The notes under the pieces: generated by a model
Seen by the model: only the letters and a program-made list of their open reading frames with translations
What the model was told of the DNA's origin: nothing
Database searches by the model: none
Origin: an uncultured Alphaproteobacteria bacterium
GTDB lineage: Bacteria; Pseudomonadota; Alphaproteobacteria; Rhizobiales; Xanthobacteraceae
Direction: 5' to 3'
DNA: 64,000 nt
NCBI GenBank assembly: GCA_963738845.1
Contig: CAVTYJ010000028.1
Span: forward strand, 26,383-90,382
Shown: positions 9,404 through 21,448 of the stretch, one piece after another
Position numbering within the stretch: position 1 is the first letter of the stretch
Layout: the number at the start of each line of letters is the position of its first letter
Made by a program: the position numbers and the translations under genes

Positions 9404-10042
9404 TCATTTCTTCTTCTTCGCCGGCTTCGGCTTTTCGGAGGAGATGAGCTGCGGATCGAATCCGATATAGAAGATGTAGGAGTTGGCGACCGCGCCCGGC
9501 GGGACCGGATACACCAGATCGTCGGCAACCAGTGTGAACGGCACGTTTTCGCCCTCACCCATTTCGACCGTTGTCTTGTAGGCCTTGGTCGCGATGACCT
9601 TTTCGCTGACGCCGCCCTGCACCACGGCAACGCGCAGCGGCACCTCGACCGTGGTGGGCGCGCCGGCTGGGCCGGCAATGACGCGGCCCTGGATGCCGAT
9701 CCGCGCGGTGATCTCGCCATTGGCCTTGGTGCAGTCGCGGGCGGTCTTGGTGATTGAGGCCTGATAGCGCACATCATTGCCGACTGGCTGCTTGCCGGGA
9801 GCCGCCACCGAATAGGTAGAGGCGCCGGCGCGAATCGTGACCTGCGGACAATTGTCCTCGACCTGCGGCTCGTTCGACACCGCGGGCGCCTGCGGCGCCG
9901 GCTCATCGGACTTGCCGCCGAACAGGCCCTTGAAGCGGTCAGTCAGCGATTGCGCCGCGGCCGGAGGGGCCAGAACGCTGCAGCCGATCAAAAACGTGAG
10001 TGCGGCGAAGCCTGCGATTCTGATGATGCGTTTCTCACCCAT
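9404..10042 (-). CDS. lipoprotein of unknown function
   Basis: The start was set at MGEKRIIRIAGFAALTFLIGC, which gives a lipobox (LIGC). The mature part is beta-rich and ends in a lysine tail (KPKPAKKKK). Confidence 0.7.
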   Translation of the reverse strand: MGEKRIIRIAGFAALTFLIGCSVLAPPAAAQSLTDRFKGLFGGKSDEPAPQAPAVSNEPQVEDNCPQVTIRAGASTYSVAAPGKQPVGNDVRYQASITKTARDCTKANGEITARIGIQGRVIAGPAGAPTTVEVPLRVAVVQGGVSEKVIATKAYKTTVEMGEGENVPFTLVADDLVYPVPPGAVANSYIFYIGFDPQLISSEKPKPAKKKK

Positions 10043-10152
10043 GCGAAGACCCTGCCTGTCGTCCTGCGACAGCCTATATAGCCCCGGGGCGGCGTTATAG
10101 CGGCGATGACGGCAAACAGAAGGCATGCGAAACAGGTAGCTCCGATACCGGA

Positions 10153-10761
10153 TCAGCCGCGAAAATCCTCGCTCAACAGGCCGAACAGCAGGTGATCCTG
10201 CCAGACGCCGTTGATGCAGAGGTAACGCCGCGCCAGCCCCTCACGCGAAAAGCCGCTCTTTTCCAGCACCCGGATCGAGGGCGTGTTGGAGGGGATGCAG
10301 GCGGCTTCGACGCGGTGCAGATTGAGCTCGCCGAACAAGGTGGGCAGCAGCACGCGCAGTGCCGCGGTCATGTAGCCGCGGCCGGAATGCGGCTGGCCGA
10401 CCCAATAGCCGATGGTACCGGCCTGCACGATCCCGCGCCGCACATTCGCGAGCGTGATGCCGCCGATCATGGCGCCGTCGGCCTCGCGGAAGATGATGAA
10501 AGGATAGGAGCGGTCGGCCGCGATGTCCTCGGCGTAACGGCGCAACCGCCTTCGAAAGCCGGAACGGGTGAGATCGTCGGAGGGCCAGATCGGTTCCCAG
10601 GGGATCAGATAGTCGCGGCTGTACTCGCGCAAATGCGCCCACTGCAGAAAGTCCGCCATCTGCGGCGCGCGCAGCAACAGCCCGTTGCCCCGCGGCGCGA
10701 GTGCGGCAGGTCCGCCTGTTGGCAACCGAAACAGAGCCATCTGATGCTCCCCGAGGCGCAA
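10153..10761 (-). CDS. GNAT family N-acetyltransferase (RimJ/RimL-like)
   Basis: Acetyl-CoA binding region QPHSGRGYMTAAL and a RimJ-like C-terminus (IRVLEKSGFSREGLARRYLCINGVWQDHLLF). An alternative start lies at 10740 (MALFRL). Confidence 0.85.
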   Translation of the reverse strand: MRLGEHQMALFRLPTGGPAALAPRGNGLLLRAPQMADFLQWAHLREYSRDYLIPWEPIWPSDDLTRSGFRRRLRRYAEDIAADRSYPFIIFREADGAMIGGITLANVRRGIVQAGTIGYWVGQPHSGRGYMTAALRVLLPTLFGELNLHRVEAACIPSNTPSIRVLEKSGFSREGLARRYLCINGVWQDHLLFGLLSEDFRG

Positions 10762-10772
10762 GTCAACCTGAT

Positions 10773-12062
10773 CTAGTGCAGTCGCGCCCTTGCTGCCGGC
10801 CGTGTCAAAGCTTCCGCAAAATTCACGGCCGTGTCCAGACCCCTGCCGCTGCCGAGCGCAACCACCGCGGGCCTGGAGCGTGCGAGCAGGGCACGAGCGG
10901 CGTTTTGCGTGGTCTCGACGCTCACGGCGTCGATCCGGGCCAGCAGTTCCTCGGTGGTTTGCGGCCGCCCATAGGCCAGCACGTGGCGGGCCAGTTGCTC
11001 GGCGCGCGAGGAGCAGCTTTCCAGCGCCATCAAAAGCCCCGCTTTCATCTGCGCCTTGGCCCGCGCCACCTCGGCCTCGGTCAAGGTTTCAACCGCCTCT
11101 TTGATCACATCGACCACGACTTCCATCATCTCCGGCGCGTCTGTCGGATCCGTTCCGGTGTAGAGGCCGAAAAAGCCCGTATCGGTGTAGGGCGCGTGGA
11201 ACGCGTAGATCGAGTAGCAGAGCCCGCGCTTCTCACGCACCTCCTGGAACAGCCGCGACGACATCCCGCCGCCGACCGCGTTGGTGAACACCTGCAGTGA
11301 AAACAGCGACAGATCCGTCTGCGGCACGCCTTCCAGCGCAAGCGTCAGATGCGCCTGCTCGAGCTCGCGATGCACCACGCGCGAGCCGCCCTTGCCGAAC
11401 ATTGCGCCCTGCGGCTTGGGCGCCGGCGGCCCATTGAAGTTCTTGAAGCGCTCGCCGACTTCCGCGACCACTCTTTGATGATCGACAGCACCCGCCGCCG
11501 CCACCACCATGTCGGGCGCGCGGTAATGTGTGGCAAGGTAGCCGCGCAGCATGTCGCGGTCGAAGCGTTTCAGCGTCTTTGCGGTGCCCAGAAGCGAACG
11601 CCCCATCGGCTGATCCGGATAGCAGAGCTCGTTGAGATGCTCGAACACGACGTCGTCGGGCGTGTCCTGTGCGGCGCCGATCTCCTGCACGATCACGTTC
11701 TTTTCGCGCTCGAGCTCCTCCGGCACGAAGGAGGGGTTGGTCAGAATGTCGGAGAGCACGTCGAGCGCCAGCGGCACGTCGGCTTTCATCACCCGCGCGT
11801 AATAGGCGGTGGTCTCGGTCGACGTGCCGGCGTTGAGATCGCCGCCGACCGCCTCGATCTCTTCCACGATCTCGCGCGAGGTGCGTCGGGTGGTGCCCTT
11901 GAAGGCCATGTGTTCCAGAAGGTGGGAGATGCCGTGCTCGTTCGGCTTCTCGTCCCTGCCCCCGACGCCAGCCCAGACGCCGAGCGCCGCGGTTTCCAGA
12001 TGCGGCATGGTATCGGTCACCACGGTGAGTCCGGATTCGAGCGTTGTCACTTCGACACTCAT
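10773..12062 (-). CDS. M16 family zinc metallopeptidase (insulinase/processing-peptidase-like)
   Basis: Inverted zinc motif HxxEH in GISHLLEHMAFKGT. The 429-aa, two-domain length fits M16B. Its start overlaps the thrC stop (ATGA). Confidence 0.92.
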   Translation of the reverse strand: MSVEVTTLESGLTVVTDTMPHLETAALGVWAGVGGRDEKPNEHGISHLLEHMAFKGTTRRTSREIVEEIEAVGGDLNAGTSTETTAYYARVMKADVPLALDVLSDILTNPSFVPEELEREKNVIVQEIGAAQDTPDDVVFEHLNELCYPDQPMGRSLLGTAKTLKRFDRDMLRGYLATHYRAPDMVVAAAGAVDHQRVVAEVGERFKNFNGPPAPKPQGAMFGKGGSRVVHRELEQAHLTLALEGVPQTDLSLFSLQVFTNAVGGGMSSRLFQEVREKRGLCYSIYAFHAPYTDTGFFGLYTGTDPTDAPEMMEVVVDVIKEAVETLTEAEVARAKAQMKAGLLMALESCSSRAEQLARHVLAYGRPQTTEELLARIDAVSVETTQNAARALLARSRPAVVALGSGRGLDTAVNFAEALTRPAARARLH

Positions 12063-13477
12063 CCGGCAACTCCCTGCTTGGCCGCGCGGCTCACCGACAT
12101 CACGAACTTCTCGACTTCGGCCTGGTCATTTGCTGCGATCCTGACCTGCTCGGGCTTTGTCATCAACCCGTCGAGCCAAGCCGGCAATTGCGGCCGCACG
12201 CCGCATGCGGCTTCCACCGCATCGGGGAACTTGGCCGGATGCGCGGTCGCGAGCACGATGTTGGGGATCCTCGAGTCGGAGGTGTCGCGATCGGCGACGG
12301 CAAGCGCGACCGCGGTGTGGGGATCGACGAGATTGCCGGCTTCGCGCCAGGCGGCGCGGATCGCAGCCGCCGTCTCGGTCTCGTCGGCGCGCCCGGCATC
12401 GAATTCCTCCCGAATAGCGGCCAGGATCGCATCCGGCAGCACAAAACGGCCGGATTGCTTGAGGCTCTCCATCAGGCGACGAACGACGGCGGCATCGCGA
12501 TTGCTCGCCTCGAACAACAGCCGCTCGAAATTCGAGGACACCTGGATGTCCATCGAGGGCGAAGTCGTGGCATGCACCTCGCGCACCTCGTAATGGCCGG
12601 TCTTGAGCGTGCGCGGCAGGATATCGTTGACGTTGGCGGCGATCCGCAGCCAGCGGATGGGCAGGCCCATCCGCTTGGCGACGTAGCCGGCAAAAATGTC
12701 GCCGAAATTACCGGTCGGCACCGTGAAATCCACCGCGCGCGCCGGCGCACCCAGTGCGACCGCGGAGGTGAAGTAATAAACCACCTGCGCGACCACGCGC
12801 GCCCAGTTGATGGAGTTGACGCCCGAAAGCGCCACCATGTCGCGGAAGCGATGGTGGTTGAACATCCCCTTCACGATCGCCTGGCAATCATCGAACGTGC
12901 CTTCGATCGCGAGCGCATGGACATTGGCCGCGCCGGTCGTCGTCATCATCCGCCGCTGCACGTCGGAGATGCGCCCCTGCGGAAACAGCACGATGAGATC
13001 GACATTCTCGAGGTTGGCAAAGGCTTCGACCGCGGCACCGCCGGTGTCGCCCGAGGTTGCGACCACGATGGTGGTGCGCCGGCCGCGCTGCGCCAGCACG
13101 TGATCCATCAGCCGCGAGATCAGCTGCATCGCCACGTCCTTGAACGCGAGCGTCGGACCGTGGAACAGCTCGAGCAGGAATTGATGCGGGCCGATCTGGT
13201 TGAGCGGGACCACCGCAGGATGGCGGAAGGTGGCGTAGGCCTCGTTTGCCATGCGGCCGAGATCGGAATCGGAAATCTCGCTGGCCGTAAATGGGCGGAT
13301 CACGTCGACTGCGACCTCCCAATAGGGCCGGCCGAAGAAGGAGGCGATGGTCTCGGGCGCAAATTGAGGCCAGCTTTCGGGCACGTAGAGGCCGCCGTCC
13401 CGGGCAAGGCCGGTCAGCATCACGTCGCAGAAGCCTAGGCTCGGAGCCTCGCCCCGTGTCGAAAGATACCGCGTCAA
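12059..13477 (-). CDS. thrC: threonine synthase
   Basis: PLP-lysine context (PTLAFKDVAMQL) and an N-terminus TRYLSTRGEAPSLGF. I prefer the TTG start at 13477 because GGAGGA lies 4 nt upstream. The longest ORF would start at 13504. Confidence 0.92.
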   Translation of the reverse strand: MTRYLSTRGEAPSLGFCDVMLTGLARDGGLYVPESWPQFAPETIASFFGRPYWEVAVDVIRPFTASEISDSDLGRMANEAYATFRHPAVVPLNQIGPHQFLLELFHGPTLAFKDVAMQLISRLMDHVLAQRGRRTTIVVATSGDTGGAAVEAFANLENVDLIVLFPQGRISDVQRRMMTTTGAANVHALAIEGTFDDCQAIVKGMFNHHRFRDMVALSGVNSINWARVVAQVVYYFTSAVALGAPARAVDFTVPTGNFGDIFAGYVAKRMGLPIRWLRIAANVNDILPRTLKTGHYEVREVHATTSPSMDIQVSSNFERLLFEASNRDAAVVRRLMESLKQSGRFVLPDAILAAIREEFDAGRADETETAAAIRAAWREAGNLVDPHTAVALAVADRDTSDSRIPNIVLATAHPAKFPDAVEAACGVRPQLPAWLDGLMTKPEQVRIAANDQAEVEKFVMSVSRAAKQGVAG

Positions 13478-13653
13478 ACCGTCCTCCAAAGGCTTAAAGC
13501 GCATCTAAGCCCTTGAATTAAATCGAAGATCAGGATTGCCCGAAACCGGACCGGGCGGGCACCATAATGGGTTTTAAGACAAAGTGGAAAGGGGTTCTTG
13601 GCCTCGCCGGCGCGATTTGGCTGCGCTCTCTGCGCGCTGATGCTAACGGATCG

Positions 13654-14421
13654 TCAGGGCGCGACGCTCGTGCCGCGCCGCCACCACGCGGCAAAGGCGA
13701 TCATCACGGCGCCCGCGAGGCCAAACCAGGTGATCGCATATTGCAGGTGATCATCGCGCAGATGCACGCTGAGTGGACCGGGCTTTGGAACACCGCTCGC
13801 CGGCACCGGCGCTTCCAGATCGATGTAGAATGGGGCGATCTGCCCCCAACCGAGGGCTTGCGCCATCCCCTGCGTATCGCGCGCGAACCATAGTCGCTTC
13901 GCAACGTTTTCGGCCGGCGTGAAAAGGCCCGCGGCTTCCGGAAAGCGAAGATAGCCGATCATTTCGACAGGCTGGCCTTCGAGCAGCCGCGCCACCGCGC
14001 GATCTTCCGCCGCGCGCTCCTGCATCGTGTTCTCGACAAAGCCGGCATTGATCACAATGGTCTCGCCGGACGCAAGCCGTGCCGGCAGGAAAGCCCATGT
14101 GCCGGGTCCCGACACATCCTCGCGCACGGCGGAGCCCGAGGAATAGACCATCGCGTCGGGCGCGTGCTGATATCTTGCCGCGAAACTGACACGGCGAAAT
14201 TCGTCTCGTGGCGCCGACAGTGCACTCCATCGCGAGCGATCCGGCAACGGCGTAGGCGCAGCCGAAAGCCGTTCGGTCAGCGCTGCGACCAGCGCGTGCT
14301 TCTCGCTCCGGCGCTGCAACTGCCAGACGCCAAGAGCCACGAACAGCACAACCATGAGAAAAGTGAAAACGCCGAAGCTGGTGGCCCGCTTCCAACCGGC
14401 GGCACTCGCAACTCGATTCAT
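13654..14421 (-). CDS. SURF1 family cytochrome oxidase biogenesis protein
   Basis: N- and C-terminal TM segments flank a periplasmic domain (VALGVWQLQRRSEKHAL...HLQYAITWFGLAGAV). The start ATG overlaps the DUF983 stop (ATGA). Confidence 0.88.
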   Translation of the reverse strand: MNRVASAAGWKRATSFGVFTFLMVVLFVALGVWQLQRRSEKHALVAALTERLSAAPTPLPDRSRWSALSAPRDEFRRVSFAARYQHAPDAMVYSSGSAVREDVSGPGTWAFLPARLASGETIVINAGFVENTMQERAAEDRAVARLLEGQPVEMIGYLRFPEAAGLFTPAENVAKRLWFARDTQGMAQALGWGQIAPFYIDLEAPVPASGVPKPGPLSVHLRDDHLQYAITWFGLAGAVMIAFAAWWRRGTSVAP

Positions 14422-14816
14422 TTCGGCTGACGTTCGACCAGCCTGCCCTCGGCGGCCTTGTGGTGGAATTGCAGCGCGATCAAAAGCGACTTGATCGCGC
14501 GGAGCGGCCATAGCGTCACTGCAAGAGTGAGCGGCAACCACAAGACTGCATGCAGCCAGAACGGGGGCTGGTACTTGATCTCGACGATCAGCGCGGCGGC
14601 GACCACGATCGCGCCCGCGATCATGATAACGAAGACCGCGGGCCCATCGCCGCTATCGATGAATGCATAATCGAGCCCGCAAGCATTGCATTTCGTCGCA
14701 AGCGTCAAAAAGCCCGCATAGAGCTTGCCCTTGCCGCAGCGGGGACATTTGCAGGCGATGCCGCGGAGCGCGCTCTGCAGGAGAGTGGCCTGGTCCGGAC
14801 CTGTGGCGGTACTCAT
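14418..14816 (-). CDS. DUF983 domain-containing membrane protein
   Basis: Zinc-ribbon-like CPRCGKGKL...CNACG followed by two TM segments. It sits in the conserved position between coxC and SURF1. Confidence 0.8.
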   Translation of the reverse strand: MSTATGPDQATLLQSALRGIACKCPRCGKGKLYAGFLTLATKCNACGLDYAFIDSGDGPAVFVIMIAGAIVVAAALIVEIKYQPPFWLHAVLWLPLTLAVTLWPLRAIKSLLIALQFHHKAAEGRLVERQPK

Positions 14817-14964
14817 GATGGGCCAGTCTATAACGCCGGCGTGTCGGCGGGTGTAGGAGAATTCGGCCGTGAGCGAGGCGTTTTCCTCGGCCGGATAAAG
14901 CAAAAGGGCGGCTTCGACGGCCGCCCCTTGTTATCTGCGCATGATCTCGCCGATCTCCTGGCGC

Positions 14965-15858
14965 CTACTCGCCGCCCACCAGCCTGCCGCCGCCGGTGCC
15001 CCAGACATAGATGCAGATGAACAGGAACAGCCAGACCACGTCGACAAAGTGCCAGTACCATGCCGCGAATTCGAAGCCGAGATGCTGCTTCGGCGTGAAA
15101 TGACCGGCATAGGCGCGCCCCAGGCAGACGATCAGGAACACCGTGCCGACCAGCACATGGAAGCCGTGGAAGCCGGTCGCCATGAAAAAGGTCGCGCCGT
15201 AGATGTTGCCGGAGAAATGAAACAAGGCGTGGCTGTATTCGTAGGCCTGCACGCAGGTGAAAGCGGCGCCCAGCACGATGGTCAGAATCAACCCGTATTT
15301 CAAGCCCTGCCGGTTGTTCTCCAGGAGCGAGTGATGCGCCCACGTCACCGTGGTGCCCGAGGTGAGCAACAGCAGAGTGTTCAGCAGCGGCAGGTGCCAG
15401 GGATCGAAGGCCTCGATACCCTTGGGCGGCCAGGTGCCGGACACGGCGCAGGCGCCGATCGCAGTTCCCTCGCCGCAGCCGAAGATCGCGTCGCGCGCGG
15501 CGTGAACCGCATCGGCCGGAAACAGCGCGGAGTTGAAGAAGGCCCAGAACCAGGCAACGAAGAACATCACCTCCGAAGCGATGAACAGGATCATGCCGTA
15601 GCGGTGGCTGATCTGCACCACGCGGGTGTGGTCGCCCTTGTACTGGGCCTCCTTGATGACGTCGCCCCACCAGCTCGCCATGGTGTAGAGCACGCCGAGA
15701 GTGCCGAGCAGGAACACCATCCAGGCGGCGCCGTACAGGTGCTTCATCCAGCCGATGGCACCCACCGCCATGATGAAAACCGACACCGAGCCCACGATCG
15801 GCCACGGGCTCGGATCGACGAGGTGGTAATCATGGTGCTTCGCTTGCGCCGTAGCCAT
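14965..15858 (-). CDS. ctaE: cytochrome c oxidase subunit III
   Basis: HHDYHLVDPSPWP N-terminus and WYWHFVDVVWLFLF C-terminal signature, with seven TM segments. Confidence 0.95.
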   Translation of the reverse strand: MATAQAKHHDYHLVDPSPWPIVGSVSVFIMAVGAIGWMKHLYGAAWMVFLLGTLGVLYTMASWWGDVIKEAQYKGDHTRVVQISHRYGMILFIASEVMFFVAWFWAFFNSALFPADAVHAARDAIFGCGEGTAIGACAVSGTWPPKGIEAFDPWHLPLLNTLLLLTSGTTVTWAHHSLLENNRQGLKYGLILTIVLGAAFTCVQAYEYSHALFHFSGNIYGATFFMATGFHGFHVLVGTVFLIVCLGRAYAGHFTPKQHLGFEFAAWYWHFVDVVWLFLFICIYVWGTGGGRLVGGE

Positions 15859-15930
15859 TATCGGTCTCTCCGTTAGCGGTGCCGCCTCATTCGGCACCAG
15901 TTTGTCTCAAAAATCAAATCCCGGCCTCGC

Positions 15931-16542
15931 TCACAGGCTCCCCTTGCGCTTGTCCGCTTCGCCCGCAGCAAGCGGTTTGGCGGCCGGCTCGCGCACCGGA
16001 TAGAAAGTGTATGAAAGCGTGATGCTGGTCAGGCCGTCATTGTCGGCGTCGGCGGCGATTGCGGGATCGACGTAGAACACCACGGGCATCTCGCGCTTCT
16101 CGCCCGGCGCAAACGTTTGCTCGGTGAAGCAGAAGCAGTTGATCTTCTGGAAATAGGCGCCGACGTTGAGCGGCGCGACGTTGTAGGCCGCCTGCCCCGT
16201 CGTGGCGCGCGCCGACTGGTTGGTGACGGTGTAATAGACGGTGGTGACCTCGCCGATCCTGACCTCGATCTCGGTCTTTTCCGGCTCGAATTTCCAGGGC
16301 AATCCGCCGGCGACATTGGAATCGAAGCGCACAAGGATGGTGCGGGCGAGCGGCGCGGACGACGGCACGGAGGTTGCGACCTGAGTGGTGCCGTTAAAGC
16401 CGGTGGCGCGACAGAACCAGTTGTAGAAGGGGACGGCAGCATAGGCGGCGGCCAGCATCAGCACCACCACGCTCCCGCAGATCGCCGCAACCATCGCGTC
16501 GCGCGCAAGCCTTGGTGCGCCGTTGGCGCGATCTTTGCTCAT
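15931..16542 (-). CDS. ctaG: cytochrome c oxidase assembly protein CtaG/Cox11
   Basis: TM anchor plus a Cox11 domain with [13 protein letters not shown] and the copper-binding CFCF motif. The start is set at MSKDRANG; the longer listed ORF is upstream read-through. Confidence 0.92.
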   Translation of the reverse strand: MSKDRANGAPRLARDAMVAAICGSVVVLMLAAAYAAVPFYNWFCRATGFNGTTQVATSVPSSAPLARTILVRFDSNVAGGLPWKFEPEKTEIEVRIGEVTTVYYTVTNQSARATTGQAAYNVAPLNVGAYFQKINCFCFTEQTFAPGEKREMPVVFYVDPAIAADADNDGLTSITLSYTFYPVREPAAKPLAAGEADKRKGSL

Positions 16543-16703
16543 AGCGGACGCCTCAGCACGGCCGGCCCCTTGACCAGCGTGACCGCGAAAAACAGCACGA
16601 CGAGGACGCCGAGCGCGAGCGCGATCGCGATCGAGCGTTGGCGACGGCTTCTCTTCTGCGCCTCGGTGAGGACAATTCCATCTGGCTCGTTCGGATCTGA
16701 CAT
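16539..16703 (-). CDS. 54-aa single-TM protein (CoxF-like) between ctaB and ctaG; absent from the supplied ORF track
   Basis: Hand translation gives [54 protein letters not shown]. Its stop overlaps the ctaG start (ATGA). It has a basic patch followed by a hydrophobic helix. Confidence 0.6.
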   Translation of the reverse strand: MSDPNEPDGIVLTEAQKRSRRQRSIAIALALGVLVVLFFAVTLVKGPAVLRRPL

Positions 16704-16721
16704 GTGTGACCCATGCGCCCC

Positions 16722-17681
16722 CTACCCGAGCAAAGGCATCATGGCACGCGCGACGACCTCGACCAGAAGCGTCGCAAACAGCGCAAACAGATAAAGGATC
16801 GAAAAGGCAAACAGCTTTCGCGTGGCGCGGAGCGAGGCGCTGCGCTCGCGGCAGCGATAGACGTTGAGCGCAAGCACGAGCATGCCCGCACCGAGACCCA
16901 GCGAAGCGATGCCATAAGCCGCATCGAAATAGCCGAGCGGCCAAGGGGCGGCGGCAACCGCGACCAGCACGACGGTGTAGAGCAGGATCTGCAGCCGCGT
17001 CGCATCGGGACCGGCCACGACCGGCAGCATCGGCACGCCGGCGCGGGCGTAATCATCGGAGCGGAACAGCGCCAGCGCCCAGAAGTGCGGCGGCGTCCAG
17101 AAGAAGATGATGAGGAACAAAAGCAGCGGCTCGACCGAAAGCGAACCGGTCGCCGCAACCCAGGCGACCACCGGCGGCAGCGAGCCGGCCGCGCCCCCGA
17201 TCACGATGTTCTGGGCGGTACGACGCTTCAGGCCGAGCGTGTAGATCACGACATAAAAGAAGATGGTGAAAGCGAGCAGCGCGCCAGCATACCAGTTGAC
17301 CAGGATGCCGAGCGTCATCACCGAGAAGAACGCCAGGGTCACGCCGAATGCCATGGCCTCGGCCTGCGTCACCCGCCCGCGCGGAATCGGGCGGTTGGCT
17401 GTGCGCGACATCATGGCGTCGATGTCGGCTTCGAGCGCCATGTTGAGCGCGCCGGAGGCGCCGGCCCCGACCGCGATGCAGATGAGCGAGGTGATCGCGA
17501 GCACCGGATGGACATGCACCGGCGCGATCATCAGCCCGACCAGCGCGGTGAAGATCACGAGCGACATCACCCGCGGTTTCAACAGCGTGACGTAGTCGCC
17601 GACCTCCGCTTCCGAAATGTGCGGGGCAAGATCGATGGCGTTGTGGTCGACGACGGACAAGGCTGGCTCGCTTCTATCCAA
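16722..17681 (-). CDS. ctaB: heme o synthase (protoheme IX farnesyltransferase)
   Basis: UbiA-type polytopic protein with [27 protein letters not shown] (Asp-rich motif). The listed start is a TTG, so the exact start is uncertain. Confidence 0.9.
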   Translation of the reverse strand: MDRSEPALSVVDHNAIDLAPHISEAEVGDYVTLLKPRVMSLVIFTALVGLMIAPVHVHPVLAITSLICIAVGAGASGALNMALEADIDAMMSRTANRPIPRGRVTQAEAMAFGVTLAFFSVMTLGILVNWYAGALLAFTIFFYVVIYTLGLKRRTAQNIVIGGAAGSLPPVVAWVAATGSLSVEPLLLFLIIFFWTPPHFWALALFRSDDYARAGVPMLPVVAGPDATRLQILLYTVVLVAVAAAPWPLGYFDAAYGIASLGLGAGMLVLALNVYRCRERSASLRATRKLFAFSILYLFALFATLLVEVVARAMMPLLG

Positions 17682-17720
17682 AACGGCGCGGCGCCCGATC
17701 GAGGCGCCACGGAGAGGTCG

Positions 17721-20278
<2,558 letters not shown>

Positions 20279-20773
20279 GCCGTTCGCGCTCCCATTCGAA
20301 AATTCATCCCACGGCGCCCCGCCTGAGCAGCGGAGCACCCTCGATCCCGCCCCCGCCAAACGGCCTGATGGCGCACCTTCAAGGGGGTGCCGGGCCAGAT
20401 CGTGAGACACGCCGAATTCCAGCCTCTCAAACCATAATTCTCAGGGTCTCGCAATGCAGTCGTAGGGGGAGGAGAACGCGATCGCTGACCATCGTTCCCG
20501 CGGTCAGGTTTCCCCCACAAACCGGGCCCAGGCCTCGCTTTGGCGGAGCTTTGACGCTTGACAGGTTTTCCTTGCAATGTAGGCACAGGCCAAACGTTCC
20601 CCGGCAGGCTGATTCGCGTGGAAATACGCGCTTGGCGGTCGATCCGGCGCAGGATTTACTTGGGGAAACGGTGCAGGCAGCGCCTTCAAGACGCCGTCAT
20701 TGCCGGATCAACCGGCAGAAATCGACGCCGCTCAATGCTATTGTTTGGCGAGAAACTCTTGGGATCGACCCGG

Positions 20774-21301
20774 ATGGGCGCTTTTAGACACCTGACGAGA
20801 CCCGCCTGGATGCTTGCCTTCGGCGCGCTGGCGGTCGCTCTTCTGCTCGGCACAGGAGACCCGGCTCGCGCGCAAGGGGCGGTGCGATCCGTGCATGGCG
20901 ACTGGCAGATCCGCTGCGACACCCCGCCCGGCGCCCAGAACGAGCAATGCGCGCTGATCCAGAGCGTGGTTGCGGAAGATCGCTCCAATGCCGGGCTCAC
21001 CGTCATCGTCCTCAAGACAGCCGACCAGAAGAACCGTCTGATGCGCGTGGTGGCGCCGCTCGGGGTGCTGCTGCCCTCGGGGCTTGGCCTGAAACTCGAC
21101 AATGTCGATGTCGGCCGCGCCGGCTTTGTCCGCTGCCTGCCCAACGGCTGCGTCGCCGAAGTGATCATGGACGACAAGCTGCTGGGTCAGCTCAAGTCGG
21201 CAAAGACCGCAACATTCATCATCTTCGAGACGCCGGAAGAAGGCATCGGCTTTCCACTCAGCCTGAACGGGCTTGCGGAGGGCTTCGAGAAATTGCCGTG
21301 A
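20774..21301 (+). CDS. invasion-associated locus B (IalB) family protein
   Basis: Signal peptide (MLAFGALAVALLLGTGDPARA) followed by HGDWQIRCD...EQCALIQ...VRCLPNGCVAE, typical of the IalB family. Confidence 0.82.
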   Translation: MGAFRHLTRPAWMLAFGALAVALLLGTGDPARAQGAVRSVHGDWQIRCDTPPGAQNEQCALIQSVVAEDRSNAGLTVIVLKTADQKNRLMRVVAPLGVLLPSGLGLKLDNVDVGRAGFVRCLPNGCVAEVIMDDKLLGQLKSAKTATFIIFETPEEGIGFPLSLNGLAEGFEKLP

Positions 21302-21448
21302 AGGGTCTCTGATCCACAGCCCTCCCAATTGCACCAATTCGTGACTATCTTGCTGGCAACTGCCGATGAGACATTACCGCATTGTAAGACGACCGCGGCA
21401 GGCGCGGTCGATTAGAACTTTCCTTTCGGCATTCGCGTTGGAGTCTTC

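Noticed and set aside
20560-20590. A TTGACA hexamer upstream of ialB as a promoter.
   Set aside because: No acceptable -10 hexamer lies at 16-19 nt spacing, so the support is too weak to report.
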